From Candidatus Pacearchaeota archaeon (GTDB taxonomy: Archaea; Nanobdellota; Nanobdellia; Pacearchaeales; GW2011-AR1), in assembly GCA_017608705.1 (NCBI GenBank), contig JAFCFJ010000007.1:1-56546 (forward strand): 56,546 bases of DNA, given 5' to 3'. The position numbers and the translations under genes are program-made. Under the pieces are notes generated by a model. That model was not told the DNA's origin, did not search any database, and worked only from the letters and a program-made list of their open reading frames with translations. Of the stretch, positions 37,946 to 48,304 are shown piece by piece (the stretch's first letter is position 1; each line of letters begins with the position of its first letter).

Positions 37946-40900
37946 TTAAAGCACAACAAGTATTTCTGATGTTTCCTCATCACGCACCTCGCCTTGCTTG
38001 TCCAGACACTTAGCTCTTATCACATACTTGCCCTTACCAAGCATGCCAATAACCTGACTGTTTTCATCGTATGTAAAAGAACCACTAATAACTACCTGGT
38101 CTCGAAGTAAGGATTTTGAATAAACATAATAATCAAGCTTGTCACAATTGTGCTTTATATAGATTTTTATTTCATCACCCTCTTTCGCATCATAGGTTTC
38201 TTGTCTATTAACAATAAAAGCTATTTTCTTGATCTCATAACTTTTTTCATATGTCTCAGTTCCAGCGTTTGCTCCCGAACTGTTTACATTAACCACCAAC
38301 CCATCGCCAGAAAAACATAAGGTATAGAGACCAGAATTCTGAAACAGCAATCTTGATTTGTTCAGCACAGAAATCGCATCAAAATAATCTTTCAGCTTGC
38401 TCTCATGATCCTTAAGGGCTTTGCCGTTAAGCACTATTTCACCATCATTGCTAACATCAGCAATCAAAACCTCATCATAATGATCAAAAGATGCAGTCGG
38501 AACATAATAAACAAAATATATCCGTCTGTAATCCTCACGGTAATACACAGGGATCTTCTTGCCAGAGAGATAAAGCCAAAATTGACTAGCAAGCTTCCCC
38601 TCCCGCTTCTCTTTTCTGAAATAACCAACAGCTTCTCCAAGACCTTGCTCCTCGCATACGTCCTCCTTCTCACCGGAACTTTCATTCCCTCCTTGTTGTC
38701 CCTCCAGTTTATGCTCTCCCATCCTTATTTTTTCGCTTGCAAGAAGCTTTCTAGCATAAAGCTCAAAAGCATAACCACGCCTGAACAAGGCAAGCGCTTT
38801 TTGGTCATTGAAAACAGCACGCGCTTCTATATAGTCTGCCTTATTCGCAATCCTTGTCACGAGCTCCTTTGCATGAGACAAATCCGCAGTTTCAAGTTCA
38901 TCGATAAGCTCTCTGATCTCGTCAAGTCTCTGGCTTGCATCTTCTCTCGAGAGCATTCCTGTCTCGAGCGCATTGGCTATGCTTATATTCTCGATCTCAG
39001 CGAGTGTTTGATTGAGCAAGCCTGCATTACCAGTTGTTATTGCTTCCTCCACACTTTTCTTGTCAAGCCAACATCTAATCTTCGGATTGTCACAGTAGCC
39101 AACATCTACCCATCTGCTCGGGTCTGTGCCAAGCCCTGGATTATCTGTTGAGCAAACACGTACAACGCCTACGGTGTAGGCTCTCGGCATTACCGCTTCT
39201 TCTATCCTGCCCTGTAAGCTCCCGCCGGCAAGCATACCATATGGGCTCGGCTTTCCTCCAATACACTCGCTCTCTGTCGTGATTTGTGTTGTTGTGGCTT
39301 GCTCCTCAATATATTTGTCGCGCAAATAATTCAGGGCAAAGCTCGTGCTTACCTGTTTGAAACCACATTCCTCTTGCTGATTTACACGCACACATAGCTC
39401 AGCATAACCGCTTGGCGCAGTAAAGTCTTTTGAGCGCTGAACATAACTACCACGTGCTATGTAACCAGTATCAACAACATAGAAGGCTGGTGTAGCATAA
39501 AGACCTTGACTATCTTGGCGTCGAAGATAGACAGAGTAATAGGCACCGCGGTCCTTGCCAGCATATATATGATAGAAAACCTTGTAGTGTGATGTCGGCG
39601 GCACTGTTGCATCGCTGAAAGGAATTTCATCAAACCAGGCTGTGAATTGCGGCGGTGAATCTGGCTCAACAAAAGCTTTGATGTCTGTTGGGAACCGCGT
39701 AGATACAAAGGCTTTGCAAAATGTTGAGCCTGCCTGCTCTATGCTCCTTGCCTGAAACGCCTCGAATGCTTCCTTGCCATAATACGTGGTGAAGTAATCA
39801 ACTGATTTCTCCATGTTCTGCCATGCAGCCGTGACTGTGAGGTATTCGCCACCGCCACGTGTTGCCTGACCATACGCATGCTCTATTAGTTTAGGAATAA
39901 GCATGTTTATGAAAGGCGCTGCTTGTCTCCAGAAGAACTCGCATAAATAGATGGATTTTATTTGGTCGCATATGCCTATATTCCTTCCAGTAGCTAAGCT
40001 TTCTTGCAAACAATCTCGCGTGGCTCTCAAAATACTTAGATAGTTTTCTATACCAGCATGCAAACCTGTTAAGCATACAGGTAAGTAGATACCTTCACGA
40101 TAGTTCGGCCAGCACAACACAAGACTACCGAATATTCCGCTCTGCACCACGTTAGCAACACGATAAGTGCCGCCAAAATCACACCTGCTTGATGGGCAAA
40201 TGACAGGATCGCAAACATTGAACAGGATCTGGCAGTCACGAGGAGACATGAAATCAACACACTCTATTTCAGGCACATTCACAGCAGGCTCTACCCTTAC
40301 AGGCTGTTTGAAACCAAACATAGACAAATCCAAGGTTGCTAAGCCAGGCCTATAGCGTGAAGATGCATATGCGAGAGCCTTTTGCGCTTGCTGAAACACT
40401 CTCACGGCCTCGCTATTGCTCAAACCAGGGAACTGGTCAATAGGTTGTGCAGCACCAAGATTAAATTGTCTGCATATATCATCCCCTATCACGTCAAACT
40501 CTTCACGACCATTAGGACCAACATTGCAAATCCAAAACGTGGACGGCATGCCGCTAGCATAATAAGCTTTTGTTCCTCCGAATGCTGGCAATGTCTGCTT
40601 TGTAGCCACATACCAGCCATGCTCGGCATCGAACGGAACAAGAGCAGGCAGACCGCGATAAGGTTCTGTGTCATAGTAACGGACAACAGGATTTCTATAT
40701 TTGTTATGATAAACATCATCACCATACCGCATGTAAACTATGGCAACTGGTGCCTCTGCCTCTTTCACCGACCGCACGGTTCCGTCAGGAGCAAGCTCAA
40801 GAGCATAGCTCTTCAAAACACTATATTGGTTTCCTTCTCGCATCAATACCTGTAAATAAGATCTGCCACCAGCACCTATGTAATGTGTAATAGCCACAGG

Positions 40901-43855
40901 TGTTTCGTCATCAAGCTCCTGTAATTCTGTCGGCAACTCTACACCTTCAAACCTTCCCTTGATGTCTTGCCAGACAAGACCGTTGTAAGGTTCTTTCACA
41001 ATCTTATCTGCAAGCACAACATTAACCTTTTCTTGGTCGATATCAAAACTCCTGGCAAGAGTTGAAGTGCCAGCATAAAGCTCAACAAGACTCGAGATGT
41101 CTGCTGTTGTTTCGCCTATACGTTCCAGCGCAGTCTCTTGCAAAACCTCGCTCCTCGCAGCATCCTTGACAGAAAGCCACAGGTCTAGTTCTCGCAACTG
41201 TTCAAATCTAAGATTTTCTGCCTGTAACTTCCCAAGCAACTCGCGAACAGTTGTTGTTTTTTCCCTACCTCCTTCTGTGTAAGTAATTTGCTTATCACCA
41301 TATCTCTCAAGCAATTCATGATAATACTCTTCCTTTGCCTTCTCTGTATTCACAATGGTTTCGCCAAGCAGGCCTTTCTCGCTGTACTTCTCCTCTATGC
41401 TCTTTATCCTTTCGTTAACTTCTTGAATCTTGTTAGCAACAACACTAACATCTTGTTCTATCTCAGCATTTTTATTTATCAAACACTGTTGCCTTGTAGC
41501 ATATTGCCCATTCGCTACCAATTCATCACATTTTCTCTTCCATTCTTGCATTACCGCCTGCCTAGCAATGGCCTTACCGCTGAAACCTTCTATAAGGTTC
41601 TTTATATGCAAAAATGTTGATGTTAGCAAACAAGCACCTTTCATTCCTTTCACCATCTTACCAAGTCTCTCGTTGATACTCTCCCATTGCTCGATGCTCT
41701 TGTTCAGATTTGAGATCATCTCCATTGTTTTCTCTGGAGAAAGCTTGAGAGCTCGTTTTTCTATACCAATCTTCACCTCAAGACTCGTGTCGGTATAGCG
41801 ATTATGAGATTGTGGTATAACAGTAATCTTTGCATTCATCTCAGCCTTTACCTTCTTGAGCAAAACATCATAACCGCACAAAGTTCTTGGTCTATCAAGT
41901 TCAAGCCAGACCGTGCCTTCTCTTCCATACTTGGCTTCATCATAGCATTCATAGCGCACCCTTACTTTATCTTGCGCAATCTTCTCGATCCGTAACCATC
42001 CTTTATCACCGAGCAAAATCTTCGTATCTTGGCCGGCTGTCTCCTGCCACCAGCTCGTTGCATTGCTTACAACAATAGCTACGCTCAGCTCGTCTATACT
42101 CGGCATGGAAATTGACTCCAAACGTATAACATGGAATTCATCACCAATTTGAACAAAAGTGCTTTCTCCATAAAATTGCATGCCGACTGGCCACTCACCA
42201 TAAACCTCTTTATATCTGTTCACTATGTCAGCATAAGTTTGCATCTTGTCACTGTCCTTAGCCAAAAGAGCAGCACGCTCCAATGCAAGTTGGCCAAGCC
42301 TTTCGCCATTGAATTCCTCTTGTGGGTAATCATCGGCAAGGCGCAGATAATCGCTAAACGCATTGCCAAGGACAGATTCGAGATTAGGAGACCAGTGCTT
42401 TTCCACCATCGTGCTTCTTAGCCTTATCTCAACATCATCGACAACTATGCTATCCAACCCATCCTTATCAACAAGGACAAAAGCGTTAATTCCTTGCTTC
42501 CTTGTTTCGTTCTCCACCTGCTCTTTGAATTCTTCCATGCTTTTTGGCCTCTTTGCATAGGAAAGACCAGCAGATGTCAGTAATTTCACCATACTATCCA
42601 CCTTTTCTAAGATATCCTCGCTGTAACCCTGTGTAAGTACGACAAACATTTTTTGCTCACCTGTGCCTAAACCATAACGTGATAAATAAGCTGGCGTCAG
42701 ACCAATGTAAGCAAGAGAAAAATTCGCGGTCAGCTTTTCACCTATACTGACATTAACAATCTCTCCGCCCACATCAAAATCAAGAACAGAAGGTAAAAGT
42801 CTAAGTTCCAACCTCGGATTGCCTGTACAGCTAATGCTGACACTTCCTCCATAGGCAGTTGTTTCTATCTTCGTAACCCTGCATTTGTCATCAAGAAAGG
42901 TTTCTCCCTCATAAACATAGAGCAAGCGATCATCAACTCTGAGCTTAGCTCTCTTCTCAGGCAAGACAACGTCATCAAGCCTTACTTGCAAGGCAGCCCT
43001 ACAATAAAATCCAGGCAAGTATATCTTTGGCGAGAGCTCGCCCTTTTTCACAGTAAAGCTTGCTACACGTCTCAGGTCTGGAGAATAAATGCTAATCTTA
43101 GCTCTGTCTTCACTAACAGCTTCAGCCCTTATATAGCCCTTACCATTCCAAAATGCATAAGCTTCGTGCTGTTTTTGCCATTCATCCTTGCTAAGCACAG
43201 GTAAAACAAAGCGGTCGCGTGAAATGCCGTGAATGTTAGCAGCATCATAATATATCCTTGCTGTTATATTTGCTGTAACCCAATCAGGCATCTCCTTTTC
43301 AGAAGGTTGTCTTCTCAGCACAATGATAAGATAACCAGCATTATTCAAGATTGGCGCGCCAAGCAAGTTGTCGCGCCCTACCCAAACTCTTGCCGGCTGA
43401 TACCCAATTGTTTTTATATATTCGTTCCTTTCTTGCAGTATTGGTCTTATATACTTAATACCCTCCACATCAAGAAACGGGTTGAGCTTCAAGGCATCGA
43501 TTCTGCAAAACACCGCTACATCTTGTTCTTCGAGCAAATCACTCCTGACAACAGCTGGCTGACATGCTCCAGGCAGTATCTGCAAAACAAAGTCCTGCGT
43601 CGCATTACATTTCTCCGGCTCATACATTGAAGGCCAGAACAATCCTGTCGGTTGTTGCCTAACAAATCTGCTATAAGTTGGCTGTCCATACTGCACATTC
43701 ACATAGCGATACGAATCAAAGCCTGCTGTTGGAGAAAATGACTGTGCATTAACTAAAGAGATAAGCGCAAGGAAAGCTACAATAGCCAGGGCTAGCAATA
43801 CTCTTTTCCCTACTTTAGCTTTTCTATCACATAACACTAATGATTGCCTTTGCAT
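37946..43855 (-). CDS. Giant Cys-rich exported protein (~1970 aa), function unknown
   Basis: Uninterrupted ORF; signal peptide KRVLLALAIVAFLALISLVNA-Q; about 35 Cys; exact start uncertain. Confidence 0.85.
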   Translation of the reverse strand: MQRQSLVLCDRKAKVGKRVLLALAIVAFLALISLVNAQSFSPTAGFDSYRYVNVQYGQPTYSRFVRQQPTGLFWPSMYEPEKCNATQDFVLQILPGACQPAVVRSDLLEEQDVAVFCRIDALKLNPFLDVEGIKYIRPILQERNEYIKTIGYQPARVWVGRDNLLGAPILNNAGYLIIVLRRQPSEKEMPDWVTANITARIYYDAANIHGISRDRFVLPVLSKDEWQKQHEAYAFWNGKGYIRAEAVSEDRAKISIYSPDLRRVASFTVKKGELSPKIYLPGFYCRAALQVRLDDVVLPEKRAKLRVDDRLLYVYEGETFLDDKCRVTKIETTAYGGSVSISCTGNPRLELRLLPSVLDFDVGGEIVNVSIGEKLTANFSLAYIGLTPAYLSRYGLGTGEQKMFVVLTQGYSEDILEKVDSMVKLLTSAGLSYAKRPKSMEEFKEQVENETRKQGINAFVLVDKDGLDSIVVDDVEIRLRSTMVEKHWSPNLESVLGNAFSDYLRLADDYPQEEFNGERLGQLALERAALLAKDSDKMQTYADIVNRYKEVYGEWPVGMQFYGESTFVQIGDEFHVIRLESISMPSIDELSVAIVVSNATSWWQETAGQDTKILLGDKGWLRIEKIAQDKVRVRYECYDEAKYGREGTVWLELDRPRTLCGYDVLLKKVKAEMNAKITVIPQSHNRYTDTSLEVKIGIEKRALKLSPEKTMEMISNLNKSIEQWESINERLGKMVKGMKGACLLTSTFLHIKNLIEGFSGKAIARQAVMQEWKRKCDELVANGQYATRQQCLINKNAEIEQDVSVVANKIQEVNERIKSIEEKYSEKGLLGETIVNTEKAKEEYYHELLERYGDKQITYTEGGREKTTTVRELLGKLQAENLRFEQLRELDLWLSVKDAARSEVLQETALERIGETTADISSLVELYAGTSTLARSFDIDQEKVNVVLADKIVKEPYNGLVWQDIKGRFEGVELPTELQELDDETPVAITHYIGAGGRSYLQVLMREGNQYSVLKSYALELAPDGTVRSVKEAEAPVAIVYMRYGDDVYHNKYRNPVVRYYDTEPYRGLPALVPFDAEHGWYVATKQTLPAFGGTKAYYASGMPSTFWICNVGPNGREEFDVIGDDICRQFNLGAAQPIDQFPGLSNSEAVRVFQQAQKALAYASSRYRPGLATLDLSMFGFKQPVRVEPAVNVPEIECVDFMSPRDCQILFNVCDPVICPSSRCDFGGTYRVANVVQSGIFGSLVLCWPNYREGIYLPVCLTGLHAGIENYLSILRATRDCLQESLATGRNIGICDQIKSIYLCEFFWRQAAPFINMLIPKLIEHAYGQATRGGGEYLTVTAAWQNMEKSVDYFTTYYGKEAFEAFQARSIEQAGSTFCKAFVSTRFPTDIKAFVEPDSPPQFTAWFDEIPFSDATVPPTSHYKVFYHIYAGKDRGAYYSVYLRRQDSQGLYATPAFYVVDTGYIARGSYVQRSKDFTAPSGYAELCVRVNQQEECGFKQVSTSFALNYLRDKYIEEQATTTQITTESECIGGKPSPYGMLAGGSLQGRIEEAVMPRAYTVGVVRVCSTDNPGLGTDPSRWVDVGYCDNPKIRCWLDKKSVEEAITTGNAGLLNQTLAEIENISIANALETGMLSREDASQRLDEIRELIDELETADLSHAKELVTRIANKADYIEARAVFNDQKALALFRRGYAFELYARKLLASEKIRMGEHKLEGQQGGNESSGEKEDVCEEQGLGEAVGYFRKEKREGKLASQFWLYLSGKKIPVYYREDYRRIYFVYYVPTASFDHYDEVLIADVSNDGEIVLNGKALKDHESKLKDYFDAISVLNKSRLLFQNSGLYTLCFSGDGLVVNVNSSGANAGTETYEKSYEIKKIAFIVNRQETYDAKEGDEIKIYIKHNCDKLDYYVYSKSLLRDQVVISGSFTYDENSQVIGMLGKGKYVIRAKCLDKQGEVRDEETSEILVVL

Positions 43856-45698
43856 TTTCAATCTCCGTGTAAATATCAGCAAGCTCTTCTATACTTGATG
43901 GAACGCTGAATGCTTCTATATCTATAATAATCTTACTCGCATCCCGTAGCTGTTCTTCGCTGAAGTAATATTCTACATTGCCACCTCCGCCAGGAAGCAT
44001 GCTGAGCTCTTGTGCAGGCAACCTAATAGTAAAGCATTCCTCACGTGTCAAGCCAAAAAAGCCAAGCACGCCCTTCTGCGGAACCTCTATACATCTCGTT
44101 GTCTCGCTCTCTGGAATCCTGATGCTTCCATTACGATAAAAAACGACGCTTATGTTGTATAAACCTTGGCTAAGCTCAATGCTTTGTTGTAAAGGATAAG
44201 CTACCGTAATGCTCTTGCCATCCCCCTTCGAGAATGTTATGAAGGCTTGACCGCCAATTTGCTTGCCATCAGCCAAAATTTCAATGCTGAGATTGTAAAG
44301 TTTATCCATAACTAAATTCACACTTGTCTGCTTATTTGTAGAGATATATTTCTTGGTCTCCTCGTAGCTATGTGACCTTGCTACAATAAGGCCATTAACA
44401 CATTGTGGAAATAATGCTGTAAGCTTTGCATCATCACCGCTAATCTTCGTCTCTCCTATGTAGCATTCGGTATCAAGACATCTGAAGCTTATGTTTGCTG
44501 GCACTGCATGCAGGCCTGTATCATAGGTATAGACTGTCACAATAGTATTGGCTTTGTCACATATCTCCGGCCCTGCCAATTCAATGCTTTCTGTCATGCT
44601 CGCATTTCTTCCCACGTTCTTTTCGATAACAACCGCGACAGGGAACTGAAAAACCTCGTCTCCACTATAAATCTGCACAAGAACAGGAAAGACAAGATCA
44701 TAAACAAAATGATATTGCACATAGCAGAAACCAAGCACACCGAGCCCTGCTTGCGTGCCCATAGGCTTAGCTATCATAATACCGTTTTGTGCCGGCCAAA
44801 TTTCAACGCGCAGGGGCCATGTGTGCGAAAATAAAAACTGCACATTCTCGCCCCCGGTGTCTATGTTCTGAACAAAATATTTATGCTCTTCTTTTGCAAG
44901 TTTGTAATCGCTATCACGAAGTTTTATTGCCTGAATATTAGCTTCCAAAGCCAAAAGTAATTCTTGTGTAACGTTTGCAGCATTCCACACCATAGGAGAG
45001 CATGAAAGCTCTGCGCCGTCAACTGGAGCATATAAGCGCAATACATCAAGAGCGTAATTCTCAAGAAAGGCCCTTCTCCGCTCGTGTTGATAGATTTTCT
45101 TTGCTGTGTTGTAAAACTTTCCAAACTTGCTCCTTATGCTAATTCTATGTTCATTGATCTTGGCAATAGCATCGCCTTTCGAGATTGTCAGAGGCATCTC
45201 AAGCGTGATACTTATTCTTGTCTCGCTAATCTTAACCTTTGCCTTAGCATTTCCTGTCTCAACCCTATAGCCCTGTTCCTCAAACACAGAGAAATCACAC
45301 TTTGTTGCTTGTTCAGCAATATAACGAGCAAACTGTTCTTGTATTTCCTGCAATGTAGGAACTTGCTCTTTGGCCAGGCCATTGCCTGAAACATAATACC
45401 AGTAAGGCACAGAAAAACCCATAAACTCAAGTTGCGAGGAGAATGGCATGTAGGCTGAGCCAGGCTCGAAATCTGGCAAATACAAATAGCCTGCTTGCAC
45501 CCCGGCAAGTTTTGCTGCTTCCTTGGCTTCATTCTCAAGGCAAGAAATAAAATACTCGTAAGCAGGTCTCAATTCCTGCGGAACCTCCCTTATTGTAAGC
45601 TTTTCCCTAACCAAGAAATAGCCAGCAACGGCGGCAATAAGCAAGACCGCGACAATTATGAAAAGTGTCACCTGTCCTCTTTTTCTATTGTAATTCAT
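43827..45698 (-). CDS. Exported protein with class III (archaeal pilin-like) signal peptide
   Basis: N-terminus RKRG/QVTLFIIVAVLLIAAVAGYFL; 10 Cys; beta-rich C-terminal half. Confidence 0.85.
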   Translation of the reverse strand: MNYNRKRGQVTLFIIVAVLLIAAVAGYFLVREKLTIREVPQELRPAYEYFISCLENEAKEAAKLAGVQAGYLYLPDFEPGSAYMPFSSQLEFMGFSVPYWYYVSGNGLAKEQVPTLQEIQEQFARYIAEQATKCDFSVFEEQGYRVETGNAKAKVKISETRISITLEMPLTISKGDAIAKINEHRISIRSKFGKFYNTAKKIYQHERRRAFLENYALDVLRLYAPVDGAELSCSPMVWNAANVTQELLLALEANIQAIKLRDSDYKLAKEEHKYFVQNIDTGGENVQFLFSHTWPLRVEIWPAQNGIMIAKPMGTQAGLGVLGFCYVQYHFVYDLVFPVLVQIYSGDEVFQFPVAVVIEKNVGRNASMTESIELAGPEICDKANTIVTVYTYDTGLHAVPANISFRCLDTECYIGETKISGDDAKLTALFPQCVNGLIVARSHSYEETKKYISTNKQTSVNLVMDKLYNLSIEILADGKQIGGQAFITFSKGDGKSITVAYPLQQSIELSQGLYNISVVFYRNGSIRIPESETTRCIEVPQKGVLGFFGLTREECFTIRLPAQELSMLPGGGGNVEYYFSEEQLRDASKIIIDIEAFSVPSSIEELADIYTEIENAKAIISVM

Positions 45699-45782
45699 AG
45701 GTTAAAAACGAGAAAGCGAATATATAAACTTTATCTCTAAAATAGATAAAATTTTTATATCAACACATCGCCTGGTGATTAG

Positions 45783-45855
45783 GGGCCCGTGGTCTAGTGG
45801 CTATGACGTCGCCCTTACGCGGCGAAGGTCCCAGGTTCGAATCCTGGCGGGCCCA
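45783..45855 (+). tRNA. tRNA-Val(UAC)
   Basis: GGGCCCG/CGGGCCC acceptor, TCGCC CTTACGC GGCGA. Confidence 0.95.
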
Positions 45856-45937
45856 CTCCTTGCATGCGGTAGATGGAGCCAAAAAGATTTAAAAAGCTCC
45901 TTTCTTGTGCTACAAAAGGCACGGGGAGGCTGAAAGA

Positions 45938-46246
45938 ATGAAACTTCCGAAGACAGTAAGAAGATATTGTCCATATTGTAAGAAATACACAGAACATAGC
46001 TTGACTAACGTTTCGACAGGGCACAAAAGGTCTGCGCTGAAACGAGGTTCAAAGCAAAGAGCTAGAAAGAGAGGAGAAGCAAGAGGTTGTGGCAACTTGG
46101 GAAGGTGGAGCAAACCACCAATAAGCAAGTGGAAAAGAAAAACAAAATCAACGAAAAAAACAAACATAATGTATAAATGCAAAGAATGTGGGAAATCTCA
46201 TTATCAAAAGAAAGGTAAAAGAGCTAGCAAGATCCAAATAGAATAA
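45938..46246 (+). CDS. rpl44e: 50S ribosomal protein L44e
   Basis: MKLPK...RYCPYCKKYTEH, TKK....CKECGK. Confidence 0.95.
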   Translation: MKLPKTVRRYCPYCKKYTEHSLTNVSTGHKRSALKRGSKQRARKRGEARGCGNLGRWSKPPISKWKRKTKSTKKTNIMYKCKECGKSHYQKKGKRASKIQIE

Positions 46247-46247
46247 A

Positions 46248-46775
46248 ATGGCAACCAAAAAGAAATGGACTGCTGTTGAAGTACCGCTAATGAAAAGAAG
46301 TTATGAAGTACTGGCAAATACACCAGAAGAACTTATTGGCAAAACCATAAAGCTAGACTTGACACGGAAACTTGGTGGCAAGAGTGTTGAGCTTGTGCTC
46401 GAGATAACGGCACAGGACAATAAACTAGTTGCAATACCAAAAAAACTTACAATTCTCTCATATTATACAAGACGTGTTGTGAAACGCGGAACAAGCTATG
46501 TCGAAGATTCATTCCCTGCTGAAACAAAAGATGCTGTTGTTAGGGTTAAACCATTGCTCGTAACAAGGCGTCGTGTTTCAAGGGCAATAAAGAAACATCT
46601 GAGAGACGTGGCCCGTGAGTGGCTACTCGAAAAACTGAAAAATACCACAATCGACAAATTATTCGAGGAATTACTTGCTGGAAAGTTGCAAAAAGAACTA
46701 AGCCTCACGCTAAAAAAGATATATCCCCTCTCTTTCTGCGATATACGAATGCTTGTAGTAAAGGCAAGAAAATAA
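46248..46775 (+). CDS. rps3ae: 30S ribosomal protein S3Ae (eS1)
   Basis: KKKW, YTRRVVKRGTSYVED, KKIYPL..CDIR. Confidence 0.85.
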   Translation: MATKKKWTAVEVPLMKRSYEVLANTPEELIGKTIKLDLTRKLGGKSVELVLEITAQDNKLVAIPKKLTILSYYTRRVVKRGTSYVEDSFPAETKDAVVRVKPLLVTRRRVSRAIKKHLRDVAREWLLEKLKNTTIDKLFEELLAGKLQKELSLTLKKIYPLSFCDIRMLVVKARK

Positions 46776-46812
46776 GAAAAAATTTAAAACCCCTAATGCA
46801 ACATAACCTTAA

Positions 46813-46885
46813 GCCCCAGTAGCTCAGCGGCTAGAGCGGCTGCCTTGTAAGCAGCAGGTCGCCGGTTCGAATCCGGCCTGGGGCT
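46813..46885 (+). tRNA. tRNA-Thr(UGU)
   Basis: GCCCCAG/CTGGGGC acceptor, GCTGC CTTGTAA GCAGC. Confidence 0.95.
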
Positions 46886-46950
46886 CTTACTTCTGTTTGG
46901 TTATGAATTTAGATAAAAAATTTTAAATAAAAAATTTCCTGCCTGGAATA

Positions 46951-48300
46951 ATGCTAGAAAAACTTGTTCTTGGAAAGGAAAAAATCAAAAAGGGACTGCT
47001 CTCAATTGTGCTGCTTGCTGGCATTTCGCTTACTGGTTGTCTGCCTGCCATTATCAGAAATCCTACAAAGCAATTTCTCATGCCTAGGGAAACGGAAGTC
47101 ATAGCAGTTTTACCATCTAGAGATACGGAGTATTTTTCTCAAGAACTAGATGAGGAAGAAGGAGAAAAAGAAAGCATGGCTCTCTACCTCGTAAACTTGG
47201 AAAACATAAAAGCAAGTAAGAGACTTTGCTTTGTAAAGGGAAAAATAGTTGATTTTTCTTTGTCCCCCAGCGGAAAGGAAATAACATATATAGAAACAAA
47301 AATAAACACAGAAGAAGTTAAAGTCTCGATAAATTGCTTAGATCTTGAAACAAGAAAGAGCAAAGTGATTGATACTCTAGAAGAAAAACTTCTTCCTTTA
47401 GCATTATTCTCCGGCTGGATTGACCACGACACATTTGCATATGGTTACATCAAAAATATGGCTCTTGAAGCAGAGCTACAAGCATTTATTTACGAAAGCA
47501 AAAGAGACAGTATTACAAAGATAGCCCAAGAAAAAATTAATCAGAACATACCATTCTTTCCAATAATAAAAAACAATACTCTTTATTTTCTTTCCTCGCA
47601 TGAAGATATAAACGAGGGAAGCATCCCTGTGATAATTGGAATAAACCTAAGAAATAATAAAAAAAGCGAAATTTATCTGCCCCCAGAAATCACAGAAATT
47701 GTGGAGTATGTAGATTTTGATATACATGATAAAAAAGTGGCCCTCACAACTGACGAAGGACTTTGGCTCATAGACAACAATGGAGAGAAAGAACAGATAC
47801 AAGCATCAGACCTTACACAGTTCCGGTTCCCTGTATGGTCTCCCGACGGAAAGAAAATCGCCTTCTGTGACCAAAAGCCGGATGACGGAAAATTTGTTTC
47901 TCACATTTACGTGTATTCTCCTGATATAAAGGTGATAAAGAGTGTATTTGCTGTGCCAAATATTACAGATGCCTTTATAAATTATGAATGGATAAACAAC
48001 GAATCTTTATGGCTAACATATTTCGGCCGAGACATGTTTGTGCAATCAAAAATTCAGGTTGATGAGCCACTAAACAATGAAGATATTCTTATTGTGCCAA
48101 CAAGCTATATTGCCCTCTCCAAGCTTTATGGCGATATTATCAGGAGCTATAGGACAAACAGGGAGATAGTAGGAGAAGATATAGAATGGTGTGAAGAACT
48201 TACCAAACCTTACAAGCTAAACGCAAAACAATGGATTAATTTACTTATGCTTTATGGCTATGAGGATGAAAGAATAAGATTTATACTTAAAAAATACTAG
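46951..48300 (+). CDS. Putative lipoprotein with TolB-like beta-propeller repeats
   Basis: Signal with lipobox-like LTGC; LSPSGKEITY and PVWSPDGKKIAF PD40-like repeats. Confidence 0.75.
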   Translation: MLEKLVLGKEKIKKGLLSIVLLAGISLTGCLPAIIRNPTKQFLMPRETEVIAVLPSRDTEYFSQELDEEEGEKESMALYLVNLENIKASKRLCFVKGKIVDFSLSPSGKEITYIETKINTEEVKVSINCLDLETRKSKVIDTLEEKLLPLALFSGWIDHDTFAYGYIKNMALEAELQAFIYESKRDSITKIAQEKINQNIPFFPIIKNNTLYFLSSHEDINEGSIPVIIGINLRNNKKSEIYLPPEITEIVEYVDFDIHDKKVALTTDEGLWLIDNNGEKEQIQASDLTQFRFPVWSPDGKKIAFCDQKPDDGKFVSHIYVYSPDIKVIKSVFAVPNITDAFINYEWINNESLWLTYFGRDMFVQSKIQVDEPLNNEDILIVPTSYIALSKLYGDIIRSYRTNREIVGEDIEWCEELTKPYKLNAKQWINLLMLYGYEDERIRFILKKY

Positions 48301-48304
48301 TAGC

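Noticed and set aside
38405..39151. 248-aa antisense ORF and other long shadow ORFs (for example 50210-50989, 53265-53957)
   Set aside because: Antisense to well-supported genes; composition mirrors the sense-strand codon bias
37838..45855. Integrated mobile element between tRNA-Leu and tRNA-Val
   Set aside because: No integrase, no att duplication, and the gene body composition resembles the host
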